Program-made: the position numbers and the translations under genes
Notes under the pieces: model-generated
The model's input: only the letters and a program-made list of their open reading frames with translations
What the model was told of the DNA's origin: nothing
The model's database searches: none
DNA from: Candidatus Borrarchaeum weybense
GTDB lineage: Archaea > Asgardarchaeota > Sifarchaeia > Borrarchaeales > Borrarchaeaceae
Reading direction: 5' to 3'
Length of the DNA stretch: 64,000 nucleotides
NCBI GenBank assembly: GCA_019057385.1
Contig: JAHQJS010000003.1
Coordinates: 1 to 64,000 of the forward strand
Shown: positions 20,432-29,996 of the stretch, one piece after another
Layout of the letters: the number at the start of each line of letters is the position of its first letter
Numbering within the stretch: the stretch's first letter is position 1

Positions 20432-20878
20432 GTGATGCTAAAAATAACAAGTCCAGCTTTTGGTCATGAAGGCATGATTCCGAAGAAATATTCGTGTCAA
20501 GGGGATGATATCAACCCAGAATTGATAATCGAAGGAATTCCAGAAGGAACAAAAAGTCTAGTGCTCATCATGGATGATCCTGATGCACCTATTGGAACAT
20601 GGGATCATTGGGTAGTCTGGAATATAGATTCTAGTATATCAAATATTGAAGAGAATAGTATTCCAAAAGAAGGAATCATTGGAAGAAATAGTTGGAGTCG
20701 TAACGATTATGGTGGACCATGTCCTCCATCTGGAACACACCGATATTATTTTAAACTGTATGCTCTTGATACTAAATTAGCACTTGAAGAAAAAAGCAAC
20801 AAAAAGACTGTAGAGAAAGCTATTAAGGATCATGTTATAGAACAAGCTGTTTTGATAGGAAAATATAAGAAACACTAG
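20432..20878 (+). CDS. YbhB/YbcL (PEBP) family protein
   Basis: DPDAP..W.HWVVWNI, GPCPPSGTHRY. Confidence 0.93.
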   Translation: MMLKITSPAFGHEGMIPKKYSCQGDDINPELIIEGIPEGTKSLVLIMDDPDAPIGTWDHWVVWNIDSSISNIEENSIPKEGIIGRNSWSRNDYGGPCPPSGTHRYYFKLYALDTKLALEEKSNKKTVEKAIKDHVIEQAVLIGKYKKH

Positions 20879-20960
20879 CTTTAACTAAATCAACTTGCAT
20901 CCCTCAACGAATTTTAAAGTTAAGTCACCCATCTCATTGAATTTATTATTTGGTGAATGT

Positions 20961-21869
20961 ATGACACAATATCCAAAATTTCCTGATTTCAAAGAACTTG
21001 GGATCGAAGATAAAGCAATCTTTGATGAGTATTTTAAAAGATATCCTCCCACGATTTCTGAATTTACTTTCACAAATCTATTCATATGGAGGCATTATTA
21101 CAACTTCAAATGGGCGATACTTAACGATAATATAGCGATCATGGCGAGCCCAGAGGAAGAATCCTATTTCTTTCCACCAATCGGCTCGAACAAAATAAAA
21201 GAAACTGTTTTAGAGTGTATCACCTATTCTGAGAGTACAGGATCTGGGGAAATAATGAAAAGAGTACCAGAAAATGTTGCGAAATTGTTTTCCGATGAAG
21301 ATAAAATAAAAACCGAATTAGATCGGGATGCATCAGATTATGTGTATCTATTAAAGAACTTGGTTGAATTGCAAGGCTCAAAGTATCGTTCTCAAAGAAA
21401 AAGTATAAAGCAATTTCGACGCCAGCACGAGTTTGAATATGCATCCTTAACTAAAGAAATAGTTCCAGGTTGCTTAGAACTTCAAGAAGACTGGTGTAAT
21501 GTAAGAGCCTGCTATGATGATCCCCATATAGCAGGTGAAGATAAAGCAATTTTTGATGCATTATCCCATTTTGACATTTTGAATTTCAAGGGTGCTGTAA
21601 TCATCGTTGAAGAAAAAATAAAGGCGTTCACTATGGGTGAACCATTAAACGCCGAGACTTTAGTCGTCCATATAGAGAAAGGAAGCCACGAACGGGAATT
21701 CAGAGGAATATATGCACTCATCAATAAACTATTTCTGGAAAATGAATGGGCAAATTTCAAATATGTAAATCGAGAACAAGATACAGGAGAAGAAGGATTA
21801 AGAAAGGCGAAAATGTTATATCACCCAGAATTTATGGTTGACAAGTATTTATTAACTCAGCTATCGTAA
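20961..21869 (+). CDS. DUF2156 / aminoacyl-phosphatidylglycerol-transferase-like GNAT domain protein
   Basis: SEFTFTNLFIW, DYVY..L.G, VHIEK, NREQD.G..GLRKAK..Y.P; start refined to ATG 20961. Confidence 0.85.
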   Translation: MTQYPKFPDFKELGIEDKAIFDEYFKRYPPTISEFTFTNLFIWRHYYNFKWAILNDNIAIMASPEEESYFFPPIGSNKIKETVLECITYSESTGSGEIMKRVPENVAKLFSDEDKIKTELDRDASDYVYLLKNLVELQGSKYRSQRKSIKQFRRQHEFEYASLTKEIVPGCLELQEDWCNVRACYDDPHIAGEDKAIFDALSHFDILNFKGAVIIVEEKIKAFTMGEPLNAETLVVHIEKGSHEREFRGIYALINKLFLENEWANFKYVNREQDTGEEGLRKAKMLYHPEFMVDKYLLTQLS

Positions 21870-21887
21870 AAAGTTTCTATCAAATAT

Positions 21888-22526
21888 TTATTTGTTATAC
21901 GGAATTAACGTGAATAAGATATCGCACCAGCCGCTTAAATGTATGATTGACTTACATTTAGCTATCTTAGAATTTTGAATTCTAAATTTATGTGCTTTCG
22001 ACAATTTGAAAATTCGATTACATAATCCTTTGAGTGTGAAATCCCAAGTTATGCCATCCGCAGTTGATTGTAGTCTATTTGTGCCCTTTTTTAATTTTAC
22101 AGGGTCAAAAATGTATAAAAGAGCGTTATTGTCTTTTAAAGTTCTACGACATTCTCTAAATAACTTATGGTGAAATACAAGATGATGGAATGTATCTGGC
22201 ACTAATATTGAGTCAAAAGTTTTTTCTTTAAAAGGTAAATGATAAGCACTTGCACAGATCGGAATTGTAAGTCTATTTTTTCTGAGACCTCTTTTCAGAA
22301 ATTTTGGATTTATATCTATGTGTATCGCTTCGTTTGAATTTATTGAACTTTTACCCGTTCCACAACCTATTTCTAAAATCCTTCCACTTAAGCGAGGGAT
22401 AAGTTTATATCTTTCATTTCGTGCACCAAAATGTACCGCATGCACAGTCAAATCATAAAGAAGTCCAGATTTATCGATAATTCTTGAAAAAATGGATTCT
22501 CTAATCTTTTTTCCCAATGCAATCAA
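21888..22526 (-). CDS. Class I SAM-dependent methyltransferase
   Basis: ILEIGCGTG, LPF...FD, FHH. Confidence 0.8.
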   Translation of the reverse strand: MIALGKKIRESIFSRIIDKSGLLYDLTVHAVHFGARNERYKLIPRLSGRILEIGCGTGKSSINSNEAIHIDINPKFLKRGLRKNRLTIPICASAYHLPFKEKTFDSILVPDTFHHLVFHHKLFRECRRTLKDNNALLYIFDPVKLKKGTNRLQSTADGITWDFTLKGLCNRIFKLSKAHKFRIQNSKIAKCKSIIHLSGWCDILFTLIPYNK

Positions 22527-22692
22527 CCAAATGAACGAATGGATATTTGTTTGGAGGTATTAAAGTTTTAATTCGGCGAACAATAAACTTCCAATCTAGA
22601 CGCAAACGTCTTTTAGAGCATTTGATATTGCATATATATATGCTTATCTAATTAATTACCGCATTAGGTTTGATAGAGTCAAAAAAAACTTC

Positions 22693-23022
22693 TTAAGATG
22701 ACTCTATAGGGTAATTTGCTTCTTTCCATGCCCTCCAGCTTTCGTCGTATGCGATCACGTTTTCAAATCCATAATCAATTAATTTCTCTGCCGCAATTTT
22801 TTTCGCAGGACAGTTGATATCCTCAGAATATGTTATTATTAGATTATCTTTATCGAACATCGAATCTACTTTTTGTTCATTCATTTCTGAAATCAAAAGA
22901 TGAATGGCCCCAACAATGTGTTCTTCTTCATAATCGGGTGTATCTCGAACATCAAGGAGTATAAATTCTTCTCCTTTTTCAATTTTTTCTTTTAGTTCTT
23001 CCGTGCTGATTATTTGAACCAT
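22693..23022 (-). CDS. Rhodanese-like domain protein
   Basis: LLDVR...Y...HIVGA, W..W..A.YP. Confidence 0.85.
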   Translation of the reverse strand: MVQIISTEELKEKIEKGEEFILLDVRDTPDYEEEHIVGAIHLLISEMNEQKVDSMFDKDNLIITYSEDINCPAKKIAAEKLIDYGFENVIAYDESWRAWKEANYPIESS

Positions 23023-23086
23023 TTTTTCATCTCCAGTTACAAGAGATTTTGAGAAAAGTTATGAGTATTTTCGGGTTCACTGAAAT

Positions 23087-24529
23087 TCATGCTTCTTGGA
23101 AGTTCCCTAAGGCAAAACTAACTACTTCAGTTAGTGCAGGATGAATGTGCATTGCTTGATACAAGGGTAAGATTGTTCCATCGCCGCAATTCATAATATT
23201 GGTAATTTCTTGTATGAGTATCGAGGCGTGGACTCCAATTATGTGCGCCCCAAGAATCTTTTGCGTTTCTCTTTCGACTATTAGTTTTAAGAAACCTGGA
23301 GGATTGCCCATAGCTTCTCCCTTGGCGGTGTCTTTGTAATTGTTTTTTGCGATCAGGAGTTTCCCTTCACCAAGCTGTTCCCTTGCTTGCCGTTCTGTTA
23401 ATCCTACCCCAGCAATTTCGGGATTACTGAAAACCGCCCAAGGTACTGCATGATAATCGGCCGCCACTTTAGTAGCGTGATCTCCATGATCATGTCTATG
23501 AACTTCTTCTGGGTGAAGAGTGCTATGTGCATTATACCATGTTACCCGTGCTTCATAATTTGCGACGTGTTTAAACATGTAATGTTTAGGTCCAATCGCG
23601 TCCCCAAATGCCCATATTCTTTCTTTGCTAGTCTCAAAATACTCATTTACCTTTACCCAGCCACCCTTAGCACCTATTTCTACTCCGGTCTTTTCTAGTT
23701 TAAGGAGATCCGAATTAGACCTTCTACCTGCAGCAATTAAAATAGCTTCAGCACTAAGTCTTGTTTCCTTCCCAGTGTCATTTTCTTCGGCTATTACTTC
23801 TTTCAGCCCACCTTGAATCTCACTGACCGATTTAACTTCATAGCCAGTAAAAATATCCATTTTCTTACCCATTTCACTCTTTAAAAGCTCTGATATTTCC
23901 GGTTCCTGTTCTTTAACTAATCTTGTAGCTCTTTGAACTATAGTAACTTTACTACCCATGCTTGAAAGGAAATGTGCATATTCACAAGCAATATAGCCTC
24001 CTCCCACCACAACAAAGCTCTTAGGCAATTCTTCAAGTTCAAGGAGAGTGGCGCTTGTTAAGTAATCAATATTGTCAAGTCCTTCGATAGGGGGGATATA
24101 AGGACGTGCACCTGAAACTATAAACACGGCATCTGCCTTTATTTTAGTGCCATTAACCTTCAGTGTGTAATCGCTTACAAACTCACCAATTCCCTTATAC
24201 CATTTTAAATTTGGTACTCGTTCTACGTACTGTTCTCGCTTTTGATCTTCTGCAAGGATGCCTCGCATCCTGTTCATGATATACTTAAAATCAATGGAGA
24301 CTATTTTTGCATTAATTCCAAATTTTCCAGCATTTTTGATGGTATCAACTACATCTGCAGGATATAACAAAATTTTGCTCGGAATGCAACCACGATTCGC
24401 ACATGTACCTCCTAATGGGCCTCTTTCGATTAAAGCAACCTTCATCCCGTGAGATAACGCATAATCAAGAATAATCTCTCCAGAACCAGCACCTATTACC
24501 ATAACATCGAAGTTGTCCACAAAATACAC
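23087..24529 (-). CDS. Dihydrolipoamide dehydrogenase / mycothione-reductase-like flavoprotein disulfide reductase
   Basis: GAGSG, GGTCANRGCIPSK, GGGYIACE, HIHPALTE. Confidence 0.88.
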   Translation of the reverse strand: MYFVDNFDVMVIGAGSGEIILDYALSHGMKVALIERGPLGGTCANRGCIPSKILLYPADVVDTIKNAGKFGINAKIVSIDFKYIMNRMRGILAEDQKREQYVERVPNLKWYKGIGEFVSDYTLKVNGTKIKADAVFIVSGARPYIPPIEGLDNIDYLTSATLLELEELPKSFVVVGGGYIACEYAHFLSSMGSKVTIVQRATRLVKEQEPEISELLKSEMGKKMDIFTGYEVKSVSEIQGGLKEVIAEENDTGKETRLSAEAILIAAGRRSNSDLLKLEKTGVEIGAKGGWVKVNEYFETSKERIWAFGDAIGPKHYMFKHVANYEARVTWYNAHSTLHPEEVHRHDHGDHATKVAADYHAVPWAVFSNPEIAGVGLTERQAREQLGEGKLLIAKNNYKDTAKGEAMGNPPGFLKLIVERETQKILGAHIIGVHASILIQEITNIMNCGDGTILPLYQAMHIHPALTEVVSFALGNFQEA

Positions 24530-24735
24530 CTCGTTCGTATTACAGAAGTATTGTAAACAATTTAAGAAGATTTGAAACCATCCAGTAAGATATAAACCTT
24601 CTGATCACGGAAAAAATTCGTCTAAGTTATATAAATAGAGTTAAGGTGTAATAAAGTAAATTAAGAGAATAACACTGCACAGATGAATGGTATGGTTTGA
24701 AATAGTAGAACGGGAAGATACAGAAAGAGGGAGAT

Positions 24736-25260
24736 GTGTTTATGAGTGGTAAAATTGACCCAGAAGCACTCCGTAATTTAAGTTCAGGCCTCTATATTGT
24801 CACCTCACACTTCAAAAACAAAACAAACGGTCAAATAGTCAATACTGTAATGCAGGTTGCTGGTGATCCGCCCTGTGTTGCGACGAGCATCAATAAGAAG
24901 AACCTAACTCATGATTATATCACCAAAAGTGGTATGTTTGCTATCTCAGTCCTTGCTGAATCTACGCCGATGAAATTTATTGGCCGTTTTGGTTTTAGGT
25001 CAGGCAGAGACATTGATAAATTTGACCAGGTTTCCCATAAGAAAGGTGTTTATAATAGCCCCATGATCACCGAACACACTCTTGCAGTTTTGGAGGCCAA
25101 GGTTCGTGACCAAGTTGACGTTGTCACCCATACTGTGTTTATTGGAGAAGTTGTTTGTTCTGAATTCCTGAGGGAAGGGAGACCACTTACCTATGCGTGG
25201 TATCACGAAGAACTCAAAGGAAAGAGTCCGAAAACTGCGCCAACTTATATGAAACCTTAA
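24736..25260 (+). CDS. Flavin reductase family protein
   Basis: GLYIVTS, NLTHDYI, FGFRSGRDIDKF, THTVFIGEV. Confidence 0.9.
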   Translation: MFMSGKIDPEALRNLSSGLYIVTSHFKNKTNGQIVNTVMQVAGDPPCVATSINKKNLTHDYITKSGMFAISVLAESTPMKFIGRFGFRSGRDIDKFDQVSHKKGVYNSPMITEHTLAVLEAKVRDQVDVVTHTVFIGEVVCSEFLREGRPLTYAWYHEELKGKSPKTAPTYMKP

Positions 25261-25434
25261 GAACGTTGAAAACTCATAAAAGTACAATCGATTATAGCTA
25301 CAGAATAGCCGTTTCTAACGTAGGATGCTATATACCCTATGTTGAGAGATGGGAACTTAAAAATCGCGAAATCATCGTTGAAAATGGGTAAATTAGCAGT
25401 AAATCAACCACTCAGTTCACCGAATCTGCTTTTG

Positions 25435-26241
25435 TTACAGACTTATCTTTTGAGTGTCGTAAGCTACATGAATGTACTCATAAGATCCCAAATACGTTTC
25501 TAATTCGTCATGTGGTTTGCATCGATGTGACATATGCATCAAGTATGTTTCTTTCGCATTTGATATTTGGGCGAATCGAATAGCCTCAGAAATAGACATA
25601 TGAACTTCTTTGAAGCGTTCTGTATCTGCATCCGTAAACATGTCGGTTATCAAAACATCAGGTGAAGCATTTTGGATTAATTTAAGGCTTTCTTCAGGAA
25701 TACTAAATCCCGTATCACCAGTAATCACAATCTTCTTGCTTGTCTCATCTTCTATTAAAAAGCCTATAGGTTTTGTTAATGCGGATTTGTGCAGCACATA
25801 AAATGGAGTTATTTTCAACCCATGATAATCTATTGGAACGTATGGTTCTAAAGGATGTGGTGTGGTTTTGACTTTAAATCTAAAATTCTTGATAAAATTT
25901 AGAGTTTCCTCCGTACTAAGAACATCTAGACTGCCCCTATTATGATAAAAATCGCCGAAACCAACCATGTGATCGTAGTGCATGTGTGTCCAGAATATCG
26001 CATCAATATCTTCAATCCCAGCTTGGAGTAACTGCATTCTACAATCAGGTCCAGTATCAATAAGGATATTTGTGGTGTTTGTCGGATCAGATTTAGAATA
26101 ATGCGTCAATAAAATTCCAAATCGTGTTCGTGAAAACGGAATGCCGTTTTTTCTCGCAATTTCACATGTTTCACACCTGCAGGCAAGTTTTGGAGTTCCG
26201 ATAGAATCTCCTGAACCAAGAATAATTATATCAATTGGCAT
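25435..26241 (-). CDS. MBL-fold metallo-hydrolase (PhnP-like)
   Basis: LGSG..G.P...C.C..C, THMHYDH, GDT, HMSH. Confidence 0.9.
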   Translation of the reverse strand: MPIDIIILGSGDSIGTPKLACRCETCEIARKNGIPFSRTRFGILLTHYSKSDPTNTTNILIDTGPDCRMQLLQAGIEDIDAIFWTHMHYDHMVGFGDFYHNRGSLDVLSTEETLNFIKNFRFKVKTTPHPLEPYVPIDYHGLKITPFYVLHKSALTKPIGFLIEDETSKKIVITGDTGFSIPEESLKLIQNASPDVLITDMFTDADTERFKEVHMSISEAIRFAQISNAKETYLMHMSHRCKPHDELETYLGSYEYIHVAYDTQKISL

Positions 26242-26571
26242 TTAATTACATCCCTAAAATTCATTAAATTTCTCGGGTACTCTTTAACATAAGCACGCCA
26301 TCATATTTTTCTAATTTTTCAACGATCTGTTATAGAATATCATTTTTTATTTTTATCGAGCCTGATTCAAAGCTAATTTTTCTTCAAAGTGATTCCTATG
26401 ACAAACATGATTTTTTTTCTCTCTCTCTAAATATAAACATTCAAACATTATAATCAATATATTTTTGAATCCTAAAGTTTTTGCTCTTAGCGCACTTATT
26501 TGAATTTGCTGTTGTTTGAATTAGAAATTATGATGTTGAACCAGCGGCTAAAATTTGGAGTTGCGCAAAAA

Positions 26572-27450
26572 ATGAAAATTAATCTTATCCAGGTACCGTA
26601 TGATTTAGGGGAGGAGCAAGTTGGAATGGGAAAGGGACCAATTCGTTTTATCCAAGCAGGTGCAGATCGTAATCTGTTAGACCAAGGTTTTGAAGTCAAG
26701 GTTGAGACAATTAAACGAGATGTTCCTGCAAAAGATGATATGCTGAAGAAAATAGCTAATATCAATGCTAATCTTGCAAAGAGCATAAAAAAAGCTATCA
26801 GTGAAGGTTATTTCCCCTTGGTGCTTGGAGGAAATTGCAACACCATCCTTGGCATACTTGCTGGGTTGCCCCCATCCAAAATTGGGATAATCTATTTCGA
26901 CGCGCACGGAGATTTTAACACCCCAGAGATCTCTATAAGCGGTTTCTTCGATGGAATGCCTCTTGCCATTGCGACTGGACAGTGTTATCCAGACCTCTTA
27001 ACACATATTGGAAATATGAGCCCTATCCCCGAGTCACACACTATGCACGTTGGTGCTCGTGATCTAGATCCTAAAGAACGGGAACTTCTTGAGAATTCAG
27101 AGGTTCAAGTTGTCACTACTGATGAATTAAAAGAAGATATAGAAATGAGAATACTACATTCTGCACTTACAAAACTTCATCCTCAAGTCCAAGAAGTTTA
27201 TCTCCATATTGATATTGATGTGATTGACCCACAAGAAGCACCTGGCGTTAATTATAGGACTCCAAACGGGCTTAGTCTGGACGAAATGGAGAAAGCAATA
27301 AAGACGATTGCCGCACATTTCAGGATAAAAGCAGCAGCTCTTACCGCCTATAACCCGGATCACGAGGAAGATGAAAAGACGCTTCAAACGGGTTTTCGCC
27401 TTTTGAATGTAATTGCAGATGCTGTAGCCAGCTCATTAACATCAAAATAA
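26572..27450 (+). CDS. Arginase/agmatinase family protein
   Basis: GGNC, DAHGD, HIDIDVIDP; start refined to ATG 26572. Confidence 0.88.
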   Translation: MKINLIQVPYDLGEEQVGMGKGPIRFIQAGADRNLLDQGFEVKVETIKRDVPAKDDMLKKIANINANLAKSIKKAISEGYFPLVLGGNCNTILGILAGLPPSKIGIIYFDAHGDFNTPEISISGFFDGMPLAIATGQCYPDLLTHIGNMSPIPESHTMHVGARDLDPKERELLENSEVQVVTTDELKEDIEMRILHSALTKLHPQVQEVYLHIDIDVIDPQEAPGVNYRTPNGLSLDEMEKAIKTIAAHFRIKAAALTAYNPDHEEDEKTLQTGFRLLNVIADAVASSLTSK

Positions 27451-27515
27451 AAGTTTATTTTGGAAATCATCACTTTAATACTACTGAACTATTCTGAATA
27501 TAAGCAGGGGATCAC

Positions 27516-28295
27516 ATGATTGTCGTCATAATCGGTCATTTGAAGAGAGCAGTTCGTAAATTTACAAAAACGGATTTCTTCAAAGCATTCATCTACATTA
27601 TAGTTGCGGTATCAATCGCGACCATTGGTTTTTCTTATTTAGAGGGACGATCTCTTGCGGATTCCTTTTATTGGGCAGTTATCACGCTTACAACAGTCGG
27701 ATACGGTGATATCACCCCCGCTACATCTGCTGGACGGATTTTTGTTGTTTTCGTCAGCATTTTGGGAATTGGAATGGTTGCGATTTTTGCGGGTACATTT
27801 GCTAGTTACTTAATAGGAATTCAACCAGAAAGAGAAATGCGGAGGCTTAAGAAAATGACAGATATAGTGTTAATTTGTGGATATAATGAAAAAATTAAAA
27901 ATTTCCTTAAAGAAATAGACATTAACTCAAAGGAATCAAAGGATATGGTGTGCATAGCGCCATTAGAAGAAAGACCAGAAGACCTTCCAGAGAGCATTGT
28001 TTTTATCTCAGGGAAACCATATGAGGACAAGTTTTTACTGAAAGCTAAGATCTTTGACGTTACTGAAGCAATAATCTCTTTAGATCATGATCAAGACGCT
28101 ATTTTAACCGCCTTAGCAATAGGGGGACTCAATCGTAAAACTGAAATTATTTGCAATGTCATTAGAGAAGAGAATGTAAAACATCTGTACAAAATCGGTG
28201 TCAAAAAAGTGCTATGTGATGAGACTGTAGGTGGGCAAATGCTTGCTTCGATGTATAAGGAAGAAGCTACATTCGAAATTCTTCATCACGCTTAA
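27516..28295 (+). CDS. Potassium channel with RCK/TrkA-N domain
   Basis: TLTTVGYGD selectivity filter between two TM helices; C-terminal Rossmann-like RCK domain. Confidence 0.92.
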   Translation: MIVVIIGHLKRAVRKFTKTDFFKAFIYIIVAVSIATIGFSYLEGRSLADSFYWAVITLTTVGYGDITPATSAGRIFVVFVSILGIGMVAIFAGTFASYLIGIQPEREMRRLKKMTDIVLICGYNEKIKNFLKEIDINSKESKDMVCIAPLEERPEDLPESIVFISGKPYEDKFLLKAKIFDVTEAIISLDHDQDAILTALAIGGLNRKTEIICNVIREENVKHLYKIGVKKVLCDETVGGQMLASMYKEEATFEILHHA

Positions 28296-28419
28296 TCTAA
28301 AAAGTATTTGGACAATTACACTTAAAAAATACACAAAATTCAATTCTCATCCATTCTGCAACGCTCCGCTATGTAAATCTTCACAGAAGCGCTATAATTG
28401 TTTTTTATAACTCCTTGCA

Positions 28420-29589
28420 ATGCCATTAGGAGGTTATAAAATGAAAAAACTTGACGTGATCATAATTGGGGCAGGGAGTGTTGGAACGCCAACTGCTATG
28501 GCACTTGGAGAGATCGGTGAGTTTAAGATTGCAGTAATTGAGAAAAATGCCGAGGTGGGACAAGGACAAAATAATCGAGCGCTCGGAGGAGTAAGAGCAA
28601 CTCATTCGAATTTTTCGAAGATTATCACTTGTCTCAAATCTATCGAAGTCTTTTCCAACTGGGAAAAGAAACATGGCGATAACATTGGATGGGATAGAGG
28701 AGGTTACTCCTTTCTAGCGTATAGCAAAGAACACGAGGAACTTCTAAAAAGAAGTATAGACCTCCAAAAATCTCTTGGATTAAACAATGACTGGTTGAAT
28801 GCTGAGCAGATAAGTGAACTAATACCGGGAATTATACGGAAAGGATTACGAGGAGGATCATATTCACCTGAGGATGGGAGGGCTTCGCCTCCTTTAGCAA
28901 TAAACGCTTTTTACAAATATGCCTTGTCTTTAGATGTAGAATTCAAATTTAAGGAAATTGTAAAGAATTTTTCAATAAAAGACAATAAAATCAAGGGTGT
29001 TATTACGAACAAAGATGCATATGAAACAACTTGGGTCATAAACGCAGCAGGTATATCCGCATCTAAAATAGGAGCTCTTGTGGAGTTAAATTTACCAGTC
29101 TATCCTGACCTTCATAAGGCTGGAATCACAGAATCTGCAAGATCTTTAGAGCACTTTACCAAACCACTTGTCGTTGATATACGTTCTGTTCCTGACTGCA
29201 ATAATTTCTATTTTTTTCAAAACCAGGAAAACAAAATTGCATTTACCATTAGCCCCACACACAAAATGCCGGGTTATGGTGATGTTGTGCCCATTTTTGC
29301 TGAAAGAATGGAAATGCTAATACCTAGTATAAAAAGCCTAAAAGTGCTCCGAAAATGGGCTGGAGCGTATCCTATGACGCCAGATGGAATTCCAATTGTC
29401 GGAACTGTGGATTCAAGAGAAGGTTATATCAACACCGTGGGGATGTGTGGTCAAGGCTTCATGTCAGGACCAGGGATAGGACAACTCATCTCCCGAGTCA
29501 TCACAAACCAACTGACGGAAGCGGATAAAGAAGTGTTGGAAGGTTTTTCACTTACTAGGAGTTTGAAAGAACCAGAAATTCTACAATAA
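28420..29589 (+). CDS. FAD-dependent oxidoreductase (sarcosine oxidase beta / DAO family)
   Basis: GAGSVG, WAGAYPMTPDG.P.VG, GQGF. Confidence 0.88.
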   Translation: MPLGGYKMKKLDVIIIGAGSVGTPTAMALGEIGEFKIAVIEKNAEVGQGQNNRALGGVRATHSNFSKIITCLKSIEVFSNWEKKHGDNIGWDRGGYSFLAYSKEHEELLKRSIDLQKSLGLNNDWLNAEQISELIPGIIRKGLRGGSYSPEDGRASPPLAINAFYKYALSLDVEFKFKEIVKNFSIKDNKIKGVITNKDAYETTWVINAAGISASKIGALVELNLPVYPDLHKAGITESARSLEHFTKPLVVDIRSVPDCNNFYFFQNQENKIAFTISPTHKMPGYGDVVPIFAERMEMLIPSIKSLKVLRKWAGAYPMTPDGIPIVGTVDSREGYINTVGMCGQGFMSGPGIGQLISRVITNQLTEADKEVLEGFSLTRSLKEPEILQ

Positions 29590-29996
29590 TATTCTAAAAA
29601 CTTTGAATTACTTAATAGGAACTCTAATTTTTGTTTACGGTCAATTTTGATGTATAGCAAGTGAGATGAGACAAATAGGAATTTCAGAGATTCAGAAGAA
29701 AATTATTTATAATACAAAATCGGGGTGAATCATAGGTGATGAATTTAAAAGGATAATCAAAATATCAGTTAAGTTTCAAATTCAGTCGCTTGAAAAAGGA
29801 AATGTGAAAACTAATACACCCGAACTATTAATGAAACAATGGATAATGTCTGAAACATAAAAACGTTTTTTCACGCTTAGTATAATTTACTAAATGAGTA
29901 ATTGAATGCTTCATAAGTTAGGCACTTGTACTAGGCACTTGGGCACTTGAGTTTCGGGCATTGCGATCTCTGTGAGTATTTAGGGATCTAATTCAC

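Noticed and set aside
25197-25391. 64-aa ORF after the flavin reductase
   Set aside because: It overlaps the flavin reductase in another frame and has no SD or recognisable motif.
26572-27450. Arginase GGDH>GGNC change as inactivation
   Set aside because: GG(D/N)C variants are a recognised arginase-like subgroup and the other metal ligands are intact.
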